This document shows positions 13,094 to 24,959 of a stretch of DNA of 64,000 nt, in pieces. Positions within the stretch are counted from its first letter, which is position 1, and every line of letters begins with the position of its first letter. The stretch lies in assembly GCA_043228905.1 (NCBI GenBank), contig JBHGNT010000022.1:5208001-5272000 (forward strand), written 5' to 3'. Source of the stretch: Azolla caroliniana (taxonomy: Eukaryota > Plantae > Polypodiophyta). Below the pieces are notes generated by a model. The model saw only the letters and a list, made by a program, of their open reading frames with translations. It did not search any database and had not been told where the DNA came from. The translations under genes and the position numbers were made by a program.

Positions 13094-14347
13094 ACGTTCC
13101 TTCCATCGAATTGGCCCTCGAGCTCTATGACACGATCGACAGCCTTCTCCACGCTCGCGTCGTTGTCCCGAGATCTCATCATTTGCTCGACGATTAGCAT
13201 CATCCTTTCGAGCTCTCCTGCTTGGTTGCTTGAGGACGCCATCTCCAAGTATTAATCTCGACTTGATCCTTCCTACCGCCTCTTTCACGTCGGGTTCACC
13301 ACTTAATTATGTCGTGAAGATCCGTCACTACGCGCGAATCGTGAGTCGGAACCGCCGGGGTTTTGGACCAGAAGGATTTAGAGTCGATACAAGCTTTGGC
13401 GAGAAAGTACTTAAGATAGATTGGGAAAGAGAGAAGTTGAGATTACACGATTGAGAGAGATTGATTGAACTTTTAACTTTAGATTTAAGAAACAAGTTAC
13501 ACGATCAATTTGATAACGAATTTCTTCCTCTTAATTTTCATAAAAAAAACCGTGTTTTTTCTCCTCCCCCTTCCCTCTTTTATAGATGCTCTCATGCATA
13601 TGATGCATGTGAGGGTACAAGACATGCATAAATTGCATGTTTGCCATTTGGCGCTTATGTATTACATGTGGTGCATGATAACCATGTCACTCATTTTAGT
13701 TCTCATGTATGAGAATTTACATGTAAAAGTACAATGATAGAAATATAATTTCAACTAAATAGCATGGCTTAATGGTAGGCCAATTAACTCCTAACTTGGA
13801 GGTGCAAGGTTCGAATCCTTACTTGCCCTCCTTGTATATGTAAATATGTATATATATTTATATATTTATTTGTCTAGTCGCCGGATGCCGTCGCCGGATA
13901 CCGGTGCCGCCACCGGATGCCGTCGGATGCCGCCGGATTGCCACCGGCTCTATCGCCGGTCCGGTTTGGTTGGCCAAAACCCTTTACGAGTAGCTAGCCC
14001 ACCTCCACTCTTAGTTTAAGTTACCTTGAACTCTCTATGCTCCACACATAGACACAAAGATAATATCTTTTGCTCCACCTTGTATATGATGAGAGCTGTA
14101 TTTGTCGTGCCTATGTGGGATATCTCACAATTTTCTCCTTTCCTTTTACAAACTTTATACCCTCATATCTTGACATTTAGTTGTCCGTTTCTCGTGTAAT
14201 AAAGTGCATTTGAAACCTCCATCATTTTGTACTTAGATATTAAATCTATTTAAAATGTTATCTTCACAATTATTGTACTACGTGATTCATACTCGATTTC
14301 GTACGTTTTATAGGATTTTCACACTATTGCCGAAAATCTTCACGACA
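13094..14347 (-). mobile_element. Gypsy element E (tRNA-Trp PBS): 1038-bp 5' LTR, PBS and gag start, inserted in B gag/PR
   Basis: LTR 13310-14347 has 12-bp terminal inverted repeats (TGTCGTGAAGAT/ATCTTCACGACA). PBS at 13284-13301. Gag start VEKAVDRVIELEGQFDGRNV is homologous to D1 gag. Confidence 0.85.
13758..13830 (+). promoter_or_regulatory. tRNA-like sequence with Pol III A and B boxes inside the E LTR
   Basis: A box TGGCTTAATGG (13765-13775) and B box GGTTCGAATCC (13808-13818). D- and T-arm stems pair; the acceptor stem does not. Confidence 0.6.
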
Positions 14348-15263
14348 ACGTTGTCTCATCGCCAGCAAGGTTCAACTCACTCTCCTCGGTGATGAGAATA
14401 AACTCTTCTTCACTTGCCGCGATTTCCGTCGTTCCCTTCCGGTCCGGCCCCCTCCGGTCTTTACCGTTCCGGTCCAGTGTCCACTTCGAATTGGTACCGT
14501 CGGTTTCCTTGTCTTTTCGGAAGTGCCGATAGTTCTTCTGGAAGTGTCCTAGCTTGCCGCGATAGAAGCAAGTAGGCCTCCCCCTTGACTTTGACCGTGT
14601 CCCCGACTTTTCCCGGTTCTGGGGACTACGGTTCCTTTGTCTTCCGCGTTCCGATTCGGTAAGGAGTGTTTTGGAGTCGGAGCTCGTATCCTTATCTTTC
14701 CGACGCGCCTCCTCAATTAGCAAGCTCAACTTCACTCTTGCTAGTGATAACTGTTTCCCTTCCAGCCCGGCATTGCCCAAGGTGACAACCAACATTTCCC
14801 AACTATCTGGGAGGGAACCGAGCAGGAGTAGTGCTAGTACCTCATCAACGAGAGATACTTCCAATGATGTTGCTTGGTAGATTAGCCCCTAGAAGGCATT
14901 CATGTGCTCCGCCATGCTGGAGCCATCTTGGTACTGGAGACTTACTAGCTTCCGAAATACCGAAACCTGATTAGCAACATTTTTGTTCTGAAACATAATG
15001 CCGATCTTCTCCCAGAGCTCATGAGCCTTGCTCTCTTCATTGAAGTTGTTGCATAGGCTCATGTCGATGAAGCACCGTATGTACGCCGTTGTCTTCATGT
15101 GCATCACCTCCCATATTGTGGCATCGATCTTGTCCGGTCTCTTTTCCCCGAACTGAACAGAGAACCAAAGATCTTTAACCATGAGCATGTCCCTCATCTT
15201 CGATCTCCACACTGAATAGTTGGAGCCGGTGAGCTTGAACATGCCTCCCAACAAATCGTCCAT
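14348..15263 (-). pseudogene. B gag
   Basis: KLTGSNYSVWRSKM, LLLLGSLPDSWE and a degenerate zinc knuckle; in-frame stop near 14889. Confidence 0.9.
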
Positions 15264-15762
15264 TTTTTTTTCTATGTCGTTTTGGTCTGATACCAGTTTG
15301 ATAGGAATACGGTTTCCTAAGCTATGCTCGGCCACAACCGAGACGTCGGATGAACCACAGAAAACAGGGATGTGGTGAGATGTGTCTACACACGAAACAG
15401 TAAAGAAGAGAGTGCACTAGATGTTGATGTGGAAAACCCAAATCTGGGAAAAAAACCACGGCAACCCTCAGACTGCAAAATATCACTATATCAAGATTAC
15501 AACAATGGGGCATAGAGGCAACGACCTCTTGCTCCCTCGCTTCGCCACCAGGCGGTTACAACAGAGGCAACAACCTCTTCCTCTCTCTCTATCTTCTCTG
15601 TATGTAGTTGCGCTCTGAATTATCGCCACAACAATAATCACACAACCAACTCTACATCATTACTATTAAGTTTGCCCTTGGTCATATTTATACTAATATG
15701 AATTTCGGTCAACACTGTTCTTCTCACTTCCCATCCGGAGGGACCTGTTTCCTAACACATGT

Positions 15763-16781
15763 GAACTGGTCGGAGAAGTACTCCTTCCCGCCATCGGACC
15801 GTAGGCATTTGATATTACACCCCGTTTCCCTTTCCGCAAGTCTCTTCACCTTCAGGAAACATGCGAAGACTTCGCTCTTCTTCTCAATCATGTATGCCCA
15901 CGTGTGCCGAGTGAAGTCATCGATGAAGGTTACAAAGTAACGGCTTCCACCGAGACTCATGTTCTGTGTTGGACCCCACACATCCGAATGGATCAAATCC
16001 AGCGGACTTCGACTACAATTATGCTCATTGGGGAATGGAAGTCGGTGTTGTTTTACCATCTGACAAGCTTCACAGACTTGGCCATTCCGGCCCCGAAACT
16101 TCGGCAAGCCGAAAACAATGTTCTTCGTCTGCATCTCCCAAAGTTGTGGGAAATTTACGTGGCCGAACCGCTTGTGGCACAGGTCGATATCCGATTCAAC
16201 CTTTTTTCCTTTCGCGTACAACGCGTTTCCGGCTTGATTAGTGTCGAGGATAAACATCTTCCCTTCATGGCGCCCTTCCACGATCACTTTGCCTTCCTCT
16301 TCTATGAAGCAGTCGAGATGTGTGAATCAAACTTTCATACCTTAGTCGATGATCTGACCGTCCGACACCAGGTTCTTGGTTATTTTTGGGACGTACAACA
16401 CGTTCATTAGCTTCCCTTTCTGCCTGACGTGGCTGAGAGGAACTTCACCGACATGTTCGATGGTATGCGGAGTGTCGTCTCCTTTTTTGACCACTTCTTG
16501 TGATTTCGGTTTTTCCAAGTACGAGAACCATTCCTCGTGACTCGTCATATGATTTGACGCTCCGGAATCAACATACCACACCTCGCTTGATTTCGAGGTG
16601 TTCACGGCCATAGAATTGGCCTTATGCTTCATTACGAAGGCTGGGCCCGATTTTTTTTCGGTTCGTTCAGAGCCTTCTACGTAGTGCGATCTCTGACGGT
16701 TCTCTGCGTCTCTTTGGCTCGATCTGGCTTTGTCCGAATCGGTTCGCTTTTTCTAGCACTCGCTCTCCTTGTGGCCTTTCT
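15763..16781 (-). pseudogene. A1 gag end, protease, GAG-pre-integrase and integrase N-terminus
   Basis: WYVDSGASNHM, HKRFGH...CEAC, LIHSDVWGP and CLRSDGGKEY motifs. Confidence 0.92.
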
Positions 16782-19700
16782 TGTTGAGAAACAAGCTCAA
16801 CATGGTATGTGATGCTTATTGGGAAATAAGCTATAGTAGTTATTTAGCTACTTGTGAACATAAAGGAGAAACAACTAATTAGCTACTGACAGCTATTTAG
16901 CGACTGACAGCTAATTAGCTACAGGCAACTAATTAGCTGCATAGGTAAGTAACTTATTACTTAGGTAAAAAGTAAGAGAGTAGAAAGTAAGAAATACACA
17001 GGAAGTAGAACTCTGAGTGAGAGAGAGTGTGAGGAAAGAGAGGAAGAACTCAGAGAGTGAGAGAAAAAGAAAGAAACAGACGAGAGCAAGTAGAGCTCCG
17101 CGTATAATGAAATAGAAGAAGTTTTGGCTGCTACAGAGGTAAGTCTCCTTCCCCCTTCCCCTATGTGTTTGAGCACTAAACGATCTAGCACACCACGATC
17201 CGCCGCGCACATAAGAAGAGCTCGAGTGCCTTCTTCACGTTTTCTTAACATGGTATCAGAGCAGAGTTGCTCATAAAGAAGAGTACAGAAGTGCATAGAT
17301 CTGAGAAAGGTATTTCTTTGTTTGCTGATCTGAATCAGAAAGGTACTTGTTGAAGTAATCGTAGCAGAAACCCTAGTTTGGAAGAGATAATGGCTGCAGA
17401 GAATGCGGGCCAAATAGTTACAGAGAAACTAGATAAAAACAATTTCCTGGCGTGGAAATTTAGAATGACAAATTTCCTAATGGGGAAAGGATACTGGGAT
17501 TACATTGAAGGAGACCTAGAAGAGGCTCCGGAGATCCCAGAAGAAAATGCCACAACAGCACAGATTAAAGCATTCAAAGACTGGAATCAAGGGGCAAGGA
17601 AGGTAATGCATTGGCTCTCACTTAGCATCTCAGATTCGATGCTTGGGCACATACAAGATGCTATGCTCCCAAAAGAAGCTTGGGACAGTTTGGTAAAACT
17701 GTTTGCAGTAAACACAAAAGCTAGAAAGCTACAGTTGAAGACTGAGCTAAATACCTTAGAAAAAGGTAAGATGTCAATAAATGAGTATGCTTTGAAAATA
17801 AAGAACATATGTGAATCACTTGCTTCTATCAATGTAAAGATAGAAGATGATGATAAGGTAGAAATATGCTTGTAGTAGAAGAAAGGAATCAGATGGATGA
17901 TGTAAATAAAGGAAATCTTGAGAATGAGGGGCAAGCCCTATATAATAGTGCTGGAAGAGGCCGAGGAAGAGGCCATGGAAGATTTGGCTCAACAAGAACC
18001 AACAATAATGGTTATCAAGGAAGAGGACAACAAACCATTAGAGGAAGAAACAACAACAGAGGCAGGGGGAGCAACCAAGGTAGAGGTAAGAAAACATATG
18101 TAAATGATGATGGTTGTTGGTATTGTGGAAAACCAGGCCACACACAGGCTGAATGTTACAAGAAGCAAAATGATGAGCAAAGAGGAAAGAGACAACAGAA
18201 TAACTTTGCCCAAACTAGTGAAGATTGTGAAAAAGATGGTGCATTTGTGGTACAACATGAGATAACAGTAGTGGCTAAAAGCTCACAGAAATGTAATGAA
18301 GAGTTTACATGGTATGTAGACTTGGGGGCATCTAACCATATGACTGGACATGCAAATTGGTTTGAAAGGTTAAGAGAACCAGAGATTCCTGGCTATGTAC
18401 AGACGGGTGATAATAGTACTCACCAAATAGAACATGTTGGAGATATCCCATTGTGGGAAGAAAAAGGAAAAACTAAGTATATGTTGAATGTAATGCATGT
18501 TCCAAATCTTGCTAAGAATCTGATTTTTGTTGGATAGATAGTAGAGCAAGGTATGCAAGTAAAGTTTAAGCAAAGTGGATGCTATATAGAAAAGAATGGG
18601 AAGCTCATTGCAAAAGGAAAATGACAAGGAAGAATGTTTATTTTGGATGTTGACATGCCTAGACAGATTTCGGCTATGTTTGCAAATGGAATGAGTGTAG
18701 TCCTAGATGTGGAAATGTGGCATAAAAGGATTGGCCACATAAGCATGCAAACCCTAAAGAATATGTTGAGAAAAGATGCAGTGGCTGGACTGCCAAAACT
18801 GAAAAATTGTGAAATGGGAAAGATATGTGAAGCATGTCAACATGGAAAGAAAAATAGGTTTCCATTCCCTCATGAAAGACATGTAAGTAAAAATTTGTTG
18901 GATTTGGTACATACGGATGTATGGGGACCAACTAAGAATGCATCTATCGGTGGCTGCAGACTCTATGTAACTTTTATTGATGATTGCTCGAGGAAAACAT
19001 GGGTGTACTTCATGAAAGAGAAAAGTGAAGTGTTTGAATGTTTTCGTAAGTTTAAATGCATGGTAGAAAAGCAGGCAGGTACAAGAATAAAATGTTTAAG
19101 ATCTGATGGAGGAGGGGAGTATTTCTCCAATGATTTTTCTGATTTTCTATGCAATCAGGGAATAAGAAGACAGTTCACATGTAGATATACTCCACAACAA
19201 AATGGAGTTGTTGAGAGGAAAAACAGAACATTGGTGAACATTGCAAGGGCTTTGATGACAGAGAAGAATATGCCATTGTATTATTGGGCAGAAGCTGTAA
19301 ATACAACAAATTATATTCTAAATAGATGTATAACATCGGGAGTACATGAAGCAACTCCTGAAGAGTGTTTCTATGGAAGGAAACCTAGCTTAGAACACTT
19401 AAAAGTGTTTGGATGCCTTGCATATGTACATGTGCCTGCAGAAGTAAGAAGTAAGCTGGATCCAAAAACAGAAAAATGTATTTTTGTTGGCTATTCAGAA
19501 GAACAAAAAGGGTATAGATGCTATAACCCTGTAACAAAGAAGATTGTGACAAGTAGGGATGTAATCTTTGATGAGTTAGCCAGTTGGTACAATCCAAAAC
19601 AGAATCAAGAGACTGATGAAGACAATGAGATTGAAGACAGAGACAAATCTGAAAATGTAGAAGACTGCCACAGAGATGGAAGCAAGGTTGGATAGCAAAG

Positions 19701-22150
19701 TCCAACATCAACAGAATGTTCTGGACCATCAAAAAGCTCAGATGGTAAATCTGATTCAAATTCTTGGAGTGGAAAAAGTGGAGGACACAAAAAATGTGAT
19801 GATAAAAAAGGAAAACAGAAAATGCTAGAGTATGAAATGTTGGATGACTTGTCTAAAAACATGGAAGATGAGGATTCAGATATGTCATTGGATGATTTTC
19901 TTGGTATAAGAGGATCGAAAATCCCTGGTATGGAAAAAGCATTGAAGGATGCAAATCAGAAACTGAGAAGATCAGATAGAGAGAAAAAAATTGTTGAAAG
20001 ATTTGGTTATGATATATATGGCTATGCATTATGCATATATGTCTAAGGTGGTACAAATCCCTGATCCAAGTAGTTTTGATGAGGCTAAAACTGAGAAGAA
20101 ATGGGTGGATGCAATGCAAGAAGAGATTGATGCATTGGCTGAAAACAGAACATGGGATTTGGTGAAGTTACCAAAAGAAAAAAATGTGATAGGTTGCAAA
20201 TGGGTCTACAAGACAAAGCATGATTCCAGTGGGAATGTAAGTAGACATAAAGCAAGATTGGTTGCAAAGGGATATGCCCAAATGCAAGGAATTGATTATG
20301 ATGAGACATTTGCACCGGTTGCAAAGATGGCAACATTGAGGACATTACTGGCTGTAGGTGCAGCCAGAAGATGGTTTCTTCATCATATGGATGTAAAAAA
20401 GGCCTTTTTACATGGTAACTTGGAAGAAGAAGTGTATATGAGTCAACCACCAGGTTTTGAAGATAGGAAGCATCCACATTATGTATGTAAGCTGAAAAAG
20501 GCTCTCTATGGACTGAAACAGGCACCAAGAGCATGGCACAGAGAACTTTCAGATTATCTGAAAAAACTTGACTTCAAAATGTCAAAGGCTGATTCATCAT
20601 TGTATGTTAAAAGGAAAGATGATTGTATTGTTGTGATTTTGATTTATGTTGATGATCTCATCATTGGAGGCGATTTCATGGATGAAATAAGTAAGCTGAA
20701 AAGAAATTTGGAAATGAAATTTCATATGAAAGATTTGGGAGATCTGAGATATTTTTTGGGTATTGAAATCATTAGATCTGAAAGTGGTATATATGTGTTG
20801 CAAAGACAATATGCAACAACTATGTTGAAAAAGTATGGTATGCTTGGATGCAAACCTATTGGAGTACCACTAGATAAAAACTGCAAATTGAGGGTTGATT
20901 TGGGAGCCAAAATAGAAGATGTAAACATGTACAGGTCTATGGTGGGCAGCCTTATTTATTTGACCATAACAAGACCTGATTTGAGTTATGCAGTTGGATT
21001 AGTCAGCCAATTTATGCAACAGCCAACAAAGCCGCATTTGGACTGCATTAGAAGAATTCTGAGGTATGTAAAAGCTACTCAGAACTATGGATTGTTTTAC
21101 AGGGCTGATTTGGACATAAATCTGGAAGGATATACAGATGCTGATTGGGCTGGAAGCCAAACAGATAGAGATCCACAAGTGGATATATCTTTACATTGGA
21201 AAGTGCAGGTATTTCATGGGGTAGCAAGAAACAAGCTACTGTTGCATTGTCTAGTACTGAAGCTGAGTATAGAGGAGCTGCCACATCCACTTGTGAAGAG
21301 GTATGGATCAGAAGATTGCTTGCTGATTTGAGAGAGTATATAGATGGTACTGTCACAATCTGGTGTGAAAATTTGAGCAGCATTCAGCTTGCAAAAAACC
21401 CAGTGTTCCATGCAAGAACAAAGCACATTGAAGTGCATTATCACTTTGTTAGAGAAAAAGTGATTGAAGGAGAAGTTGATCTGGTGTATGTGAATACAAA
21501 TCAGTAGGTTGCTGATATTCTCACAAAGGGATTGAGTGTGGAAAAGCATACATAGTTTCGGAACATGATGGGAGTTGTAGACACTAATATGATGGCTGAA
21601 AAGCATCATGGAAAAGAAGTTGTAGATAACTCCAAGAAAGGATAAGTTGAGCTTGAGGGGGATTGTTGAGAAACAAGCTCAAGATGGTATGTGATGCTTA
21701 TTGGGAAATAAGCTATAGTAGCTATTTAGCTACTTGTGAACATAAAGGAGAAACAACTAATTAGCTATTGACAGCTATTTAGCTACTGACAGCTATTTAG
21801 CGACTGACAACTAATTAGCTACAGGCAGCTAATTAGCTGCATAGGTAAGTAACTTATTACTTAGGTAAAAAGTAAGAGAGTAGAAAGTAAGAAATACACA
21901 GGAAGTAGAACTCTGAGTGAGAGAGAGAGTGAGGAAAGAGAGGAAGAACTCAGAGAGTGAGAGAAAAAGAAAGAAACAGACGAGAGCAAGTAGAGCTCCG
22001 CATATAATGAAATAGAAGAAGTTTTGGCTGCTACAGAGGTAAGTCTCCTTCCCCCTTCCCTTCTGTGTTTGAGCACTAAATGATCTAGAACACCACGATC
22101 CGCCGCGCACATAAGAAGAGCCCGAGTGCCTTCTTCACGTTTTCTTAACA
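16782..22150 (+). mobile_element. Full-length Ty1/copia element C (Bryco-like), inserted antisense in A1 gag
   Basis: LTRs 16782-17250 and 21664-22150 are near-identical, differing mainly by one extra 18-bp repeat unit. TSD TTTCT on both sides. PBS TGGTATCAGAGC at 17251-17262. PPT at 21649-21663. Confidence 0.97.
17390..21627 (+). pseudogene. C gag-pol, with all domains but interrupted by stops, frameshifts and a deletion in gag
   Basis: CWYCGKPGHTQAEC, WYVDLGASNHM, WHKRIGH, LVHTDVWGP, LIYVDDL and NPVFHARTKHIE motifs. Stops near 18535, 18622, 19693 and 21505. Confidence 0.93.
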
Positions 22151-22155
22151 TTTCT

Positions 22156-22952
22156 TGCCATGGTACTAGCAATCCGACGCGGCCTTCTCTTGCCGTCTTC
22201 CGGCGCCGCCATGACTCCCCCTGCTTGCAGAGGGTTCGGAATTGCTTCCGGCATCTCTATTATGCCATACATTGTGCTCTTTTCGGCCGCCTCCATTGCG
22301 TGCCGATCCGCCTCGTCCACCATGGGGCCTATCATCCTCCGTGTAAAGCATCTTGCCATCGGCGTGCGCACTCGTCGATGCACCGACGTGGTTTTCTTCT
22401 ACGAGCAACATTAACTGAAGCTCGAAAAACAAAGGCGTAATATCCCTCGTGTAGACTGCCGTTCGGAAAGGTCCGAACTTTGATGCCAAGCCACCAAGAC
22501 AGACCTGCACCATTTCATCTTGCTCGACGTTCACGTTGACGGAGTCGAGAGAGTCACAGATTTCTTTGATCTTGGTGGTGTAATCAGTCACCAACATATC
22601 TCTTTGTCGTACATTGCTGAGCTCTTGTCTGAGCTGCAGCTTTCTGGACATTGTGCTGGTAGCGAAAATCCTTTTGAGATTCGTCCACGCGTCCTTCAGC
22701 GTCTTGGCATCCCGAATATAGCTCAAAAGCTGATCGCTCATAGAGGACGGGAAGTAGTACAACACTCTGCTTGCCACTTATTCCCAAGCCGGATAGTCCT
22801 TGTGTCGAGTCGGGTGCCACATAGTTTGCTCCTTCAACATAACTCCTGTAGCCATGGCCAAGCAGGTACTGGTGCATCTTGTAAGACCAAGATGCGTAGT
22901 TGCTTCTGTCAAGCTTTTCAGTCGGAAGTGAGCTTCCCATTCCTCTGTCCAT
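22156..22952 (-). pseudogene. A1 gag N-terminal part
   Basis: TEKLDRSNYASWSYKMHQYLLGHGY and RKLQLRQEL; frameshifted. Confidence 0.9.
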
Positions 22953-23056
22953 AGTATTATTTTTTTCCTCTCCGAAAGCGAACAACTTCAACTCTGTTTC
23001 GTCACAAACTTTTCTTGTCGGCTACAGAGAACTTCAACCCTCGCTCTCTGATACCA

Positions 23057-23444
23057 TGTAAAAGAATACGTTGTGCGGAAGCGTGTGTGAAAACACAGAG
23101 TACACAGTTCAGAGGAATAAGACAATTCAGTAAAACACAGAAAATGCTGAGATGGAGATGAAGATGGAGAGAGAGAGCAAACAACAGAAAACCTGGATTC
23201 AAAATAATGACACTCAGTTTTGTGTACATACACCGTGCTCAGTGAGCACCTTTTATACATGCCCTGACAATCGGATTGACACAAGTACTGACAATACTTG
23301 AATGCTCATAAATGAGTCGACTACACAAACTCCCAAAATGATTCCCTTACGAGGAATAACGCTCTAACGGCCTCTTCAATTTTCACACCGATGCGGCCCT
23401 GTTGTGCGTACTTTTTCACGCACCCAATCTACGCACTGGGTTAC
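23057..23444 (-). repeat. A1 5' LTR, truncated at its outer end
   Basis: Matches 3964-~4351, then diverges abruptly. Confidence 0.9.
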
Positions 23445-24316
23445 ACTGGCCTCTAGACATTGTCGCCAACAACATATGGTCAGTGCAACACATCCCCGAC
23501 CACCACATCAGGCACCAAATCATCTTACTTGGTGAGTCATTACGAGAAGCAACGACCAGTATCTTGTGAGAGTAGCATTGCAATGAAGCCTCAAGGTGCT
23601 CTTCATAATCAGTAGATGAGGCAACAACCAATGCAAAGGCAAGAAGAATCTTCCGTGGCCACAATACTTTCTAGGAAGAGGTCGATTAGTGGTGTTGGGG
23701 GGACAATCGACGTTCGTCTGATAGAGCCATTCGGCGTCAACGGAGACAGCCGAACGATCAGTTGGTATAGAGTGGGCCAGTGGGTAGGCAGCCGATAGAG
23801 ACAATGGCGTCCGGATAGAAACGACCGACGAACGGCGAAGAAGCTTACGGTGACAGCGACGGCGAATAGAGACATCGGTCGACAGCCGCCGCCACCGATG
23901 ACCGACGAATGGCGACAATTGGTGGACAATAGAGACAACCCACGAAGAGGACCAGAAGAAGAGGAATATTGCGGACGATGCCGACAGAGATAGTGTCGGA
24001 GATGGTCGGAATGGCCAACCAACCGATGGTCGGACACTGGTTGCAGCTGCAGCAGTCAGACTTGCCGGAATGGCTGAACAGCGGCCAGAGTGGCGATAAT
24101 CGAACAAAGCTGAATGTAGACGCGTGGTCGAGACGCGGAAGAAGACGAAATTACAAAAGCTCAAGGGCATGACGTGAGATTTCAAAAAGTGGAGGGCAGA
24201 ATGTAGAATTTCGAAAACTCAAGGGCCAAAAAAAAAATTTGAGAAAAAAAACCCAGAAAAACTTGGGGGTAAAATTTTTAGAGACCAAGGGTACAAAATA
24301 CAAAGCTCAATTCACA

Positions 24317-24945
24317 TGACGAAACCGAAAAATAAACATACATGTAATAGAATCATGAAAGGCCTATGCCGCAATGGAGGAGCCAATTGGTGTGTGATCC
24401 AATTGAGCGACATGCTGACCGAATGAGAAGGTTCGAGTCAAGCAATGCTCCTATCGAAGTTATCGATCGTAGAGCTATGATCTAGTCGATGGATTTCCGA
24501 CCGTTGAGATGATCGATGGAGTTCCGGTCGTTAATAGTTGCCATGGCGAGTGGGTTCACCGTGCGATGCACTGTCCCACAGGCGTGCCATGTGTTACCCG
24601 TAGGAGTTGTACAGGGTGGTATAAGGGTAAAACACGTTAAAGGGGTTGTTCAGTATGTGTAATGTATATGAGTGTGAGGATGAATATGTGTGAGCACATG
24701 CACAATTATGTGCATGTGACAAGAATGTAATGGTCTCTTTTTGTAACGGACATATTATTTACCGTTACATTATGTATTATATAAACCCCTTATGGGTCAT
24801 GTAATGAGATATAGTTTTTTCCCCTCTCATTTGGTGTCATTTTCTATTTCTCTTTCTCTCTTGCTCTCTCTCTTACGTAACCCCCTTGGGAGGGGGGTGA
24901 AGCCATTCTAGGTTTCACCCCCCACCCAACAACACTTTTGGCACG
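24317..24945 (+). repeat. Probable plus-oriented 5' LTR with a partial tRNA-Arg-type PBS (TGGCACG, 24939-24945)
   Basis: TATATAAA near 24778, a CT-rich tract, a terminal hairpin, then ...CAACA-CTTT-TGGCACG. The left boundary is uncertain. Confidence 0.55.
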
Positions 24946-24959
24946 TCGGACCCATCCCA

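Larger units (their letters stand above)
7197..15757 (-). mobile_element. Ty1/copia element B (Tork/Tnt1-like) inserted in A1 integrase
   Basis: LTRs 7197-7818 and 15299-15757 (the latter has a ~160-bp internal deletion). TSD CATGT at 7192-7196 and 15758-15762. PBS TGGTATCAGA at 15286-15295. PPT AAGGGGGAG next to 7819. Confidence 0.95.
3964..23444 (-). mobile_element. Ty1/copia element A1 (Bryco-like), host to nested B, D1, E and C
   Basis: 3' LTR 3964-4392; 5' LTR 23057-~23444 (truncated); PBS TGGTATCAGAG at 23046-23056. Gag-PR-IN-RT-RH order is restored after removing the insertions: integrase reads EYFSDQFTC|YLQKEGIRREF across the B insertion. Confidence 0.92.

Noticed and set aside
13758-13830. 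Functional tRNA gene
   Set aside because: Acceptor and anticodon stems do not pair; kept only as a tRNA-derived element.
16794-16815. CTCAACA-TGGTATGTGATGC pseudo-PBS inside the C LTR
   Set aside because: Only 6 nt match to the iMet PBS, and altered in the 3' LTR.
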